Below, one piece after another: positions 30,170 to 38,273 of a stretch of 64,000 bases of DNA (position 1 is its first letter; each line of letters starts with the position of its first letter). Below the pieces are notes generated by a model, which made no database searches, was not told the origin of the DNA, and saw only the letters and a program-made list of their open reading frames with translations. Made by a program: the position numbers and the translations under genes. Origin of the DNA: Bryobacterales bacterium (GTDB lineage: Bacteria; Acidobacteriota; Terriglobia; Bryobacterales; UBA6623); the NCBI GenBank assembly GCA_965237575.1, contig CBDEGI010000003.1, positions 1,993,952 to 2,057,951 of the forward strand. The letters are read 5' to 3'.

Positions 30170-31132
30170 CGCTCCTGGTTCGGACGGGAGGCTGAAGAGC
30201 GGCTGAAGCCGGGCGGAGGAAGGACGTTCAAGGATGCCTATCATCGTCCCCAACAGCCCCTCATCACCGCCGATGCCAAGGCCTGGGTGGTGCATTTGGC
30301 CTGTAGCAAACCCAAGCAACTCGGTTACGCCGCCGAACTCTGGAGCCGCAGTGCGCTCGCTCTACACGTGCGCCGGCATGCCGTGGAAGCAGGCTATCCG
30401 GCGTTGGCCCAAGCGGCTAAGGCGACCGTCCACCGGATCCTGGCCGAGCAACCTCTGCATCCAGAGAAGGTGAAGTACTACCTGGAGCGTCGCGATCCCG
30501 ATTTTGAGTCCAAGATGCGGCAGGTGTTGCTGGTCTACCGCGAAGTGGCTTTGCAGAATGAAAGCCCTCGCGACGGCCTATCCCCGGGGGTGATCACGGT
30601 TTCGGTAGACGAGAAGCCCGGCGTGCAAGCGATCGCCAACGTCGCGCCGGACCTGCCGCCGAAGCCTGGGCGGCATCCCAGCGTGGCTCGCGATTACGAG
30701 TACAAACGTCTAGGAACTTGCTCGATTCTGGCGGCGCTGGACTTGCATAGCGGCCGGGTAACGGCGCGGGTGGAGCGGCGTCACCGCAGTCGGGAATTCA
30801 TCTTGCTGCTCCAGGATCTGGACCAATTTTACCCGGATGAGTGCACGATCCGATTGATCTTGGACAATCATTCCTCGCACCTATCGAAGGAGACGAAAGC
30901 CTACTTGGCGACGCGTCCGAACCGCTTCAAATATGTGTATACGCCCACCCACGGGTCCTGGCTCAACATAGTCGAGACGCTGTTTGGCAAGATGGCGCGC
31001 ACATTTTTAAAGCGAATACGAGTCGAGTCCTGGGCGGAGCTTCGGGAACGAATCCTGAAAGGAATCGCGGAGATCAACGCCGCTCCGGTCGTTCACCGCT
31101 GGAGGAAGTTCGAGTCGCTTGAGGTCGCCTAG
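30170..31132 (+). mobile_element. IS630-family (DDE_3) transposase gene, N-terminally truncated remnant
   Basis: DDE_3 blocks VDEKPGVQA, LILDNHSSH and PTHGSWLNIVE are present. Homology starts in the linker (…GGRTFKDAYHRPQQPLITADAKAW…). There is no room for the HTH domain or a start codon before the Lhr start at 30057, and no terminal inverted repeat is detectable on the left. Confidence 0.85.
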
Positions 31133-31160
31133 AGTGGATATGTTTTAGTGAAACTACATA

Positions 31161-32333
31161 CTAGCCCACGATCTTCCGCATGAGATCTTCGACACGGTCG
31201 AGCGCCTCTTTGATTTGATCCAGCGCCGTCGCGTAGCTGAATCGCAGGTACCCTTCGCCATACGCGCCGAAGCTGGTGCCGGTCAGGCAAGCCACGCCCG
31301 CTTCGCTGAGAAGACGGTCGGCCAACTCGTCCGACGGGACGCCGCACTTCGACACGTTCGGGAAGGCGTAGAAGGCTCCGCCCGGCGTGGCGCAGCTCAT
31401 GCCGGGGATGCGGTTGAAGCCCTTCACAATCACGTCGCGGCGGCGCTTGAACTCCGCCACCATGTCGGTGACGCAATCCTGCGGGCCGGTCAGAGCTTCG
31501 ATGCCGGCGCGTTGCGAAAAGCTCGCCGTGTGCGAGACGCAGTTGACCATCAGCAGGCAGACGGCGTCGACGAGTTCCTTGCTGGGCATCACGCCGTAGC
31601 CCATGCGCCAGCCGGTCATCGAATACGTCTTCGAGAACCCGTCGAGGATGATCGTTTTCTCCGCCATGCCGTCGATCGACGCGATCGAGAACGGCTTCTC
31701 GTCGAAGTAGATCTTGCTGTAGACCTCGTCCGACAGCACCACGATGTCGCGGTCGCGCACCATCTCGGCGATGTCGCGAACGTCCTCTTCCGGAATCAGG
31801 CCGCCCGTCGGGTTCTGGGGCGAGTTCAGCAGCAGCAGCTTGGTCTTGGGCGAGAGCTTCTCCCGCAGCGTGTCGAGGTCGAGCGAGAATCCGCGGCTCT
31901 CAACCAGCGGCAACGGGACGGGCGTTGCCCCGCAGTAGCGAATCACCGACTCGTAGATCGGGAACGACGGGTTCTGATAGAGCACCTCGTCGCCCGGCTC
32001 GAGCAGCGCCAGCATCGGGAAGAACAGGATCGGTTTCGCGCCCGGCGTCACGACGACGCGCGCCGGGTCAATCGGAATGCCGCGCGTCTCGGAGACGCGC
32101 TTGGCGATCACCTCCCGCAACCCGGGGTCGCCTTGCGTGGGCCCGTACTTGGTCCAGCCTTCGTCGAGCGCGCGCCGGCCGGCCTCGACGATGTGGCGTG
32201 CGGTGGGGAAGTCGGGCTCGCCGATCTCCATGTGAATGATCGAGCGGCCCTGGGCCTCGAGAGCACGGGCTTTGACGAGAACGTCGAAGGCGCCCTCGCC
32301 CCGGACGCCCTCCATGCGGCTGGAGATCCTCAT
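31161..32333 (-). CDS. Pyridoxal-phosphate-dependent aminotransferase, class I (aspartate aminotransferase-like)
   Basis: 390 aa with PLP-lysine block GFSKTYSMTGWRMGYG and an NPxNPTG-type block (SPQNPTG). Confidence 0.92.
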   Translation of the reverse strand: MRISSRMEGVRGEGAFDVLVKARALEAQGRSIIHMEIGEPDFPTARHIVEAGRRALDEGWTKYGPTQGDPGLREVIAKRVSETRGIPIDPARVVVTPGAKPILFFPMLALLEPGDEVLYQNPSFPIYESVIRYCGATPVPLPLVESRGFSLDLDTLREKLSPKTKLLLLNSPQNPTGGLIPEEDVRDIAEMVRDRDIVVLSDEVYSKIYFDEKPFSIASIDGMAEKTIILDGFSKTYSMTGWRMGYGVMPSKELVDAVCLLMVNCVSHTASFSQRAGIEALTGPQDCVTDMVAEFKRRRDVIVKGFNRIPGMSCATPGGAFYAFPNVSKCGVPSDELADRLLSEAGVACLTGTSFGAYGEGYLRFSYATALDQIKEALDRVEDLMRKIVG

Positions 32334-32493
32334 TCGCTTAGACCTGGATTACTTGATGGACAACCAATGCCGGTTGGCATTGGAAACCGATGATAGCATC
32401 CCCGGCCGGAAACCTAGCGGCCCGTGGTGAAAGCGAGGGTTTTTGTCAGGCCCGGCTCGACGCGCCTGCATTCGTGCAGCGGGCCGAGCAGCC

Positions 32494-32513
32494 GGGCACG
32501 GCATGCCGTGCCC
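32494..32513. repeat. Perfect 20-bp palindrome gggcacggcatgccgtgccc
   Basis: Self-complementary over 20/20 nt, in the convergent spacer between the aminotransferase and msrB. A partial relative (aggcatgccgtgcgccc) occurs at 22289-22305, also intergenic. Confidence 0.85.
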
Positions 32514-32554
32514 CTGCATGACAAACTGAAACGCAACAGTATTTGGGGAACACA

Positions 32555-33127
32555 TTACCTAGGCACGAAAACCAGCGCGGAAGAGTTGATGCAGTAGCGG
32601 CGATAGGTGGGTGGCGGGCCATCGGGAAAAACGTGGCCCACGTGGGCGTCGCATCGACTGCAGAGCAATTCGGTTCGCTTCATGCCGAGGTCCGTGTCGA
32701 CGGCGGTGGCGATGTTCTCCTCGGCTACAGCCGAGTGGAAGCTGGGCCATCCTGTTCTGGAGTTGTACTTCGTATCGGAATGGAACAGTGCCGTATTGCA
32801 CCCGACGCAGCGGTAAACGCCGTCGTCGTACAGCTTGTCGAACTTCCCCGTGAACGCGACCTCGGTACCCTTCTGGCGGGTCACGTAATACTGCTTGGGC
32901 GTGAGAATCAGCTTCCACTCTTCGGGCGTCTTGACGAGCTTTCCTATTTCGATGGGCCCGATGCGTTCCCCGGATTCGGAAAACTTCACCAGCGTAATGG
33001 GCGGCCCCTGGTAGTGGTTGGCTTGTTGCGCGCGCTCGACCGCCGCTGGGTCCGGCGGCTCGGTCGGGATCTCGCACGCCGCCAGAGCCGCTGCCACCGC
33101 CAACAGAATGATCCGTGTATTCGGCAT
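32555..33127 (-). CDS. msrB: Peptide-methionine (R)-S-oxide reductase with lipoprotein signal
   Basis: The MsrB core has two CxxC pairs (CVGCNTALF, CSRCDAHVGHVF) and the catalytic RYCINS. The N-terminus is MPNTRIILLAVAAALAAC (lipobox LAAC). Confidence 0.9.
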   Translation of the reverse strand: MPNTRIILLAVAAALAACEIPTEPPDPAAVERAQQANHYQGPPITLVKFSESGERIGPIEIGKLVKTPEEWKLILTPKQYYVTRQKGTEVAFTGKFDKLYDDGVYRCVGCNTALFHSDTKYNSRTGWPSFHSAVAEENIATAVDTDLGMKRTELLCSRCDAHVGHVFPDGPPPTYRRYCINSSALVFVPR

Positions 33128-33200
33128 TCTACTGTCAAAGATGGTTCAGGCGACCGTCAGGTTGCAAGGCCGCCATAGAACCTTTCGAAGCGTCTCGAGG

Positions 33201-33239
33201 GATCGTGGCGGACCGCTCCCTCACGGTCACGGCTCGGTT
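33201..33239 (+). repeat. REP-like intergenic stem-loop repeat, copy A2
   Basis: gatcgtggcggaccgctccctcacggtcacggctcggtt matches A1 at 35/39 positions. It lies in the divergent msrB / methyltransferase spacer. Confidence 0.85.
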
Positions 33240-33343
33240 CTCGCGCTCGCGGCGGCGGTGGTCCTAGAGGGAGCAGTCGCCGGGCCGGGGCGTCCAAACT
33301 GAGCTACCTCGTATGGGCGCGGTAGGATGGACCTTCCAGCGCC

Positions 33344-34126
33344 ATGGACCTCGCCTCCCTGCACAAGCTCCACGACCCGCTGCCGCGAGGGGCTCCGGGC
33401 AGCGATGCGACGACTACTCGCGCCATCAACGCGCTGCCCAGCCTTCCACCCTCCGCGCGCATTCTCGACGTCGGCTGCGGCAAGGGCAAGCAAACGTTGG
33501 TGCTCGCTCGCGCATACCGGCAACCAGTTGTCGCGATCGACACCCATCAACCTTACCTCGACCATCTCACCCAAACGGCCGCCGCCGCGGGCCTCGGCCA
33601 TCTCATCGAGACACGCAACCTTTCGATGGACGCGCTCGACGACCACCCCGAATCCGCCGACCTGATCTGGTCCGAAGGGTCCGTCTACATCCTGGGAGTC
33701 CCAGCGGCTCTCAAACTCTGGCGGCCCATGCTCAAACCGGGCGCCCTGATTGCATTCAGCGAACTCACCTGGCTCATCCCCGACCCGCCTGCCGAGGCTC
33801 TTGCGTTCTGGCGCACCGGCTATCCCGGCATGGAGACCCTGGCCGGCAATCTAGCCAGAATCGAATCCGAAGGCTACGATACTCTTGAGACTTTCACCGT
33901 TCCGAACGACGACTGGTGGACGGACTACTACAAGCCTCTCCGCGATCGGATCGGTTCGCTTCGCGCGAATGGCGCAGTAAGTCCCGACCTGGCAGAGGTC
34001 CTTGACGCGACCGAGCAGGAGATCGATCTCTTAACCCGGCACGGCGACAGCTACGGCTACGTCTTCTACCTACTTCGCAAGAACCGAAACCGCCCGGAGC
34101 CTCGGCTTGTCGAGCCTGGGCGATGA
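33344..34126 (+). CDS. Class I SAM-dependent methyltransferase
   Basis: Motif I ILDVGCGKGKQTLVLA and motif post-I/II spacing are typical. 260 aa. Confidence 0.85.
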   Translation: MDLASLHKLHDPLPRGAPGSDATTTRAINALPSLPPSARILDVGCGKGKQTLVLARAYRQPVVAIDTHQPYLDHLTQTAAAAGLGHLIETRNLSMDALDDHPESADLIWSEGSVYILGVPAALKLWRPMLKPGALIAFSELTWLIPDPPAEALAFWRTGYPGMETLAGNLARIESEGYDTLETFTVPNDDWWTDYYKPLRDRIGSLRANGAVSPDLAEVLDATEQEIDLLTRHGDSYGYVFYLLRKNRNRPEPRLVEPGR

Positions 34127-34887
34127 TACTCAATACCACTATGTTTGAAAACAAAGCAGCCCTCATCAACGGAGCCTCCCGGGGCATGGGCCTCGCCATC
34201 GCCGAAGCCATCCTCGGGCGCGGTGGCAAGGTTTGCATCACGAGCCGCAAGCAGCCCAACCTCGATGGAGCGCTGGCACGCTTGGACGCCGGCGCGAGCG
34301 CCATCGCGGTCGCGGGTTCTGCCGCCGACCCTGAACACCGCCGGGAAGCCATCCAGAAGACAATCGACGCGTTTGGCTCGCTCGACCTGTTGGTCAACAG
34401 CGCCGCGACCAACCCGCAGTACGGCCCGCTGGTTGAAGCTGACATGGGCGCGGTCGCGAAGATCCTCGACGTCAACGTGATGGGCCCGCTCGGTTGGATT
34501 CAAGAAGCTTGGAAGGCGTGGATGGCCGAGCACGGGGGCGCCATCCTCAACATTGCGTCGGTCAACGGCATCCGCAGCGTCGCGAAACTCGGCGCTTACA
34601 ACGTGAGCAAGGCGGCGCTGATCCACCTGACGCGGCAGATGGCGCTCGAGCTGGCCCCGAAGGTGCGCGTCAACGGCATCGCCCCCGGGCTGGTCAAGAC
34701 TCGCCTGGCCCGCTCGCTTTGGGAAGGCCGGGAGGAAGAAGCCGGCCGCGTTTACCCGCTGGGACGCATCGGCGAGCCCGAGGACGTCACTGGCATGGCT
34801 TGCCTGCTGCTGAGCGACGAAGCCTCGTGGATCACTGGCGAGACGGTCACCGTTGATGGCGGAGTGCTGTTAGTCGCGCCCGAGTGA
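34123..34887 (+). CDS. Short-chain dehydrogenase/reductase (SDR) family oxidoreductase
   Basis: Motifs NGASRGMG (TGxxxGxG-type), NSAA and YNVSKAA (YxxxK). ATGA overlap with the methyltransferase stop; an alternative start lies at 34141. Confidence 0.9.
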   Translation: MILNTTMFENKAALINGASRGMGLAIAEAILGRGGKVCITSRKQPNLDGALARLDAGASAIAVAGSAADPEHRREAIQKTIDAFGSLDLLVNSAATNPQYGPLVEADMGAVAKILDVNVMGPLGWIQEAWKAWMAEHGGAILNIASVNGIRSVAKLGAYNVSKAALIHLTRQMALELAPKVRVNGIAPGLVKTRLARSLWEGREEEAGRVYPLGRIGEPEDVTGMACLLLSDEASWITGETVTVDGGVLLVAPE

Positions 34888-34975
34888 TGATCCACAAATA
34901 GCGAATCTGGTTCGGGGACCCGAGTCCTGGGGCTAGGATCCGTGGTTGGATGCGCCAGGTTGTACCGAGAGGGAA

Positions 34976-34995
34976 CCGCGGATTTCCATCCGCGG
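34976..34995. terminator. Perfect 8-bp stem / 4-nt loop hairpin in a convergent spacer (possible bidirectional terminator; related to the REP-like family)
   Basis: ccgcggat-ttcc-atccgcgg, followed by ctcggttgg, which shares the cggctcggtt tail of repeat family A. No U-tract. Confidence 0.4.
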
Positions 34996-35074
34996 CTCGG
35001 TTGGGGCGCGCTGAACACCCTCTGAAAGCCGATGGTTTTTCGGCCGATAGAGGCCCGCGCGGCGGGGCCGGGGA

Positions 35075-36217
35075 CTACGCCTGCGTCGCAACCTCGTCCC
35101 AGCGCACAACCCGCTGCTCCTCGATCGACGTGCGGCCCATGATGGCCCCCAGCGTCGCCATCCGGCCCCACTCGGCGTTGTTGAGCGGTTCCTTGTTGTC
35201 GCGCACTGACCGGAAGAATGCGTCGATCGCGCGCTGGTTCATGTTCTCGCCATCGCCCTCGACTTCAAGCGGCTCGGCCATGGCTCGCTCACGCCCTTGC
35301 CCACCGAACTTGTAGACCGTGGCCGAGGGTAAATCGATCGCGTACTCCGAGCCCCATACTCTCTCTTTGACGCCGCTGAAGCCCCGTGGGTCGAAAAAGA
35401 GGTGAGTGAACGAGAGCCGAACGTCGTTCGGATATTCGTAGATCACGGCGTAGTGGTCGTAGGCTGTCCGCCCGGGAGGCTCGTCACGATACAGGTTGAT
35501 GCCACCCGACCCGTACGCCTTCACCGGGTGCCCGTCGACGGCCCAGTTCATCAGATCGAGGATGTGGACCGCCTGCTCGACGATCATGTTGCCCGAGATC
35601 GAGGCATCGAAGTACCACAGTTTCTGGCGCGGGTAGTCGCCTCCGTGTCGGTCCGCCTGCATGTAGACGATCTTGCCGATGCCGCCAAAGCGGATGTGGC
35701 GGATCGCCGCACTGCGCTTGGGATCGAAGCGAAGCTGAAATCCAAGCTGCAGCAGGCCGCGCGAGGTCTTCGAGGCGCGATAGACGGCCTCCACGTCCTC
35801 CGCCGTGCGGCCCATCGGTTTTTCGAGATAGAGGTGCTTGTGCACCTCCAACGCCGCCATCGCCATTTCTTTGTGCAGCTTGACGGGCGTGGCGACGAAC
35901 ACGGCATCGATGTCTTTGCGGTCGAGCAGCTTGCGGAATTCCGTTAAGGTCTCCGGCTCGTGCGCCGCGGCCAGTTTGGTGGCGCGCCCCAGGGCCCCGG
36001 GGTCGGTATCGCAAATCGCCACCAGCTTGATGCCCTGGGCTTTGAGGATGTGGGTCAGCAGCCGCGTACCGCGGCCCCCGACGCCAATAATGCCCACGCG
36101 GATCTCGCTGTTCGGCGACTGCGACGATAGTACGGCGGGCGCTCCCAGGGCCGCAGCGGGCGTCTTCATGAAGGTGCGGCGTGTGAACGGAGTGCTTTTT
36201 TTCATCGATTTCCTCAT
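35075..36217 (-). CDS. Gfo/Idh/MocA family oxidoreductase, Tat-exported
   Basis: Twin-arginine leader FTRRTFMKTPAAALGAPAV and Rossmann segment VGIIGVGGRGTRLL. 380 aa. Confidence 0.88.
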   Translation of the reverse strand: MRKSMKKSTPFTRRTFMKTPAAALGAPAVLSSQSPNSEIRVGIIGVGGRGTRLLTHILKAQGIKLVAICDTDPGALGRATKLAAAHEPETLTEFRKLLDRKDIDAVFVATPVKLHKEMAMAALEVHKHLYLEKPMGRTAEDVEAVYRASKTSRGLLQLGFQLRFDPKRSAAIRHIRFGGIGKIVYMQADRHGGDYPRQKLWYFDASISGNMIVEQAVHILDLMNWAVDGHPVKAYGSGGINLYRDEPPGRTAYDHYAVIYEYPNDVRLSFTHLFFDPRGFSGVKERVWGSEYAIDLPSATVYKFGGQGRERAMAEPLEVEGDGENMNQRAIDAFFRSVRDNKEPLNNAEWGRMATLGAIMGRTSIEEQRVVRWDEVATQA

Positions 36218-36349
36218 CCGCTGGACCGATTCTCGATCCAGCCTGCCTCGGCTATCATGCTACAGCCTGCGTTGGAGCGATGCCGGGCCGACCTGCTACG
36301 CTGGTAGCTCCCACCGCCGAACGCGCTCGCTCCGCCAGCGACAAATCGA

Positions 36350-36376
36350 GGGTGGTAACAGGGTGGTAACGTTACC
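36350..36376. promoter_or_regulatory. Direct repeat (gggtggtaac x2) overlapping a perfect 12-bp palindrome ggtaacgttacc; candidate operator
   Basis: Repeats at 36350-36359 and 36361-36370, palindrome at 36365-36376, about 55 nt upstream of the permease ATG. Function is not established. Confidence 0.3.
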
Positions 36377-36430
36377 CCCGCGGGTGCGGGTCTTTCTTGC
36401 TCCGCATAGCCCTACGGTCTTCCGTCTGTC

Positions 36431-37798
36431 ATGTCTCAGCCAGGACTAGAGCGCCGGCTCGGGGTCGTGAGCGCGACCTCGATCGTCGTCTCCAACATGA
36501 TCGGCACCGGGATCTTCACGATCCCTGCATACTTGGCGGACGACCTCGGCTCGCCTTCGCTGGTGATCGGCATCTGGGTCGCCGGCGCCATCTTGGCGCT
36601 CATCGGGGCGCTTTGCTACTCCGAGTTGAGTATCAACTTCCCGCGCTCCGGCGGCGAGTACGTCTACCTTTCCGAAGCCTGGGGGCCGGCCTGGGGTTTC
36701 GTCGACGGGTGGGTCACTTTCTTCGCCGGATTCTCCGCACCGATCGCGGCCGCGGCGCTGGCCATCGCCGCATACGTCGGGTATTTCTGGCCCGCTGTGG
36801 GCCCTGAGCAGGCGGCCGAGCCTCTATTCTCGCTCGGCTTTGTGTCACTTCAGCTTGGAGGCGCGCAACTGCTTGCCTGCGGGGTGGTCGTCCTGTTCAC
36901 CCTGCTCAACGTGTTTAACGTCTCCCGCGTGGCCGAACTGCAGAATGTGCTGACGGGGGGGAAGCTGCTGGTTCTACTGGCTTTCCTCGTGCTCGGGTTC
37001 GCTTTCGGTGACGGGAGTTGGGAGCACTTCTCCCAAGTGGCCGAGCGAACGTCCTCTAACTCACTCCCGGCCCAATTCGCGATCAGCCTGGTCTTCATCT
37101 ACGTCGGCTACAGCGGCTGGAATGCGGCGGTCTATGTCGCGGAAGAGATTCGCGACCCCCAGCGGACCCTGCCCAAAGCCCTGCTGTTCGGCACCGTGCT
37201 CGTGGCCGCGCTCTTCCTCGCCCTCAACTGCCTTTACATCTACGCCAATCCGCTGGCGGACATGGCCGGCAAGTTGGCGGTCGGCGCAACCGCTGCGGGT
37301 GCTTTGTTTGGGCCCAGGGCGGCTGGATTTTTTGCGGCGGCGATGGCTGCCTCGCTGCTGGCAACGGTCAACGCCATGTCTATGATCGGCCCTCGCGTTT
37401 ACTACGCCATGGCCCAGAACCGCGCCTTTCTGCCGGCCGCCGCCAAAGTCCACCCGATCTGGCACAGCCCCTGGATCGCGGTGCTCGCGCAAGGCATTTG
37501 CTGCTGCGCGTTGATCATCACCGGAACGTTCGAGAGCCTGCTGTATTACATCGGCTTCCTGCTCAACCTGTTCTCGGCGCTCTCGGTGCTCGCGCTCATC
37601 AAGTTTCGGAAGCGCGCCGGATGGAACCCGGTTCGCGCGGTCAGCTTCGCCTTTCCTCTCGTGCCGGCAGTCTATGTCGGAGTCAACGTGGTGATCTTCG
37701 GCTACTTCGCCTACCTGAGAAACTGGGAGGCCGCCTGGGCCCTGGCAACCATCGCCGCGGGCGCGCTGATCTATCGCTTCTACATCGCCAAGCTGTAG
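36431..37798 (+). CDS. APC-superfamily amino acid permease
   Basis: 455 aa with about 12 TM segments. The N-terminal block SNMIGTGIFTIPA is typical of APC transporters. Confidence 0.9.
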   Translation: MSQPGLERRLGVVSATSIVVSNMIGTGIFTIPAYLADDLGSPSLVIGIWVAGAILALIGALCYSELSINFPRSGGEYVYLSEAWGPAWGFVDGWVTFFAGFSAPIAAAALAIAAYVGYFWPAVGPEQAAEPLFSLGFVSLQLGGAQLLACGVVVLFTLLNVFNVSRVAELQNVLTGGKLLVLLAFLVLGFAFGDGSWEHFSQVAERTSSNSLPAQFAISLVFIYVGYSGWNAAVYVAEEIRDPQRTLPKALLFGTVLVAALFLALNCLYIYANPLADMAGKLAVGATAAGALFGPRAAGFFAAAMAASLLATVNAMSMIGPRVYYAMAQNRAFLPAAAKVHPIWHSPWIAVLAQGICCCALIITGTFESLLYYIGFLLNLFSALSVLALIKFRKRAGWNPVRAVSFAFPLVPAVYVGVNVVIFGYFAYLRNWEAAWALATIAAGALIYRFYIAKL

Positions 37799-37853
37799 CC
37801 CGGATCTCGGCGATAAGCTAGAGGCTCGAGATGCCGCGGTCACGGGGCGCAAC

Positions 37854-38273
37854 GTGAGCGAACCTTTCGAGATTCTGGAGCACACGGCCGACATCGGGTT
37901 TCGTGCCTGGGGGGCGAGGCCCGCCGAGCTTTTCCAGAACGCCGCGCGGGCGATGATGGCGATTGCCGCCGAGACAGACTCCATCGACGAGCGCGAGGCA
38001 CTGCCCGTCGAGCTGGCCGCCGAGGACTACGAATCACTGATGGTCGATTGGTTGAGCGAGGTACTCTACCTGTTCGACACCTCGCGGTTCGCGGCGCGGC
38101 GGTTCGTGGTCGACGAGATCAGCCCGAAGGGCCTGCGCGCGCGTCTGTTCGGCGAGCCACGCGACCCGCGCCGGCATCCTTGGGAGTTAATCGTGAAGGC
38201 CGTCACCTATCATCAGTTGCAGGTAGTCGAAAAAAACGGCCGTTGGGAAACTGAAGTCTATCTGGATATATGA
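37854..38273 (+). CDS. Archease (RtcB activator)
   Basis: 139 aa. N-terminal FEILEHTADIGFRAWG and C-terminal KAVTYHQL signatures. GTG start, with its stop overlapping the rtcB ATG (ATGA). Confidence 0.9.
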   Translation: MSEPFEILEHTADIGFRAWGARPAELFQNAARAMMAIAAETDSIDEREALPVELAAEDYESLMVDWLSEVLYLFDTSRFAARRFVVDEISPKGLRARLFGEPRDPRRHPWELIVKAVTYHQLQVVEKNGRWETEVYLDI

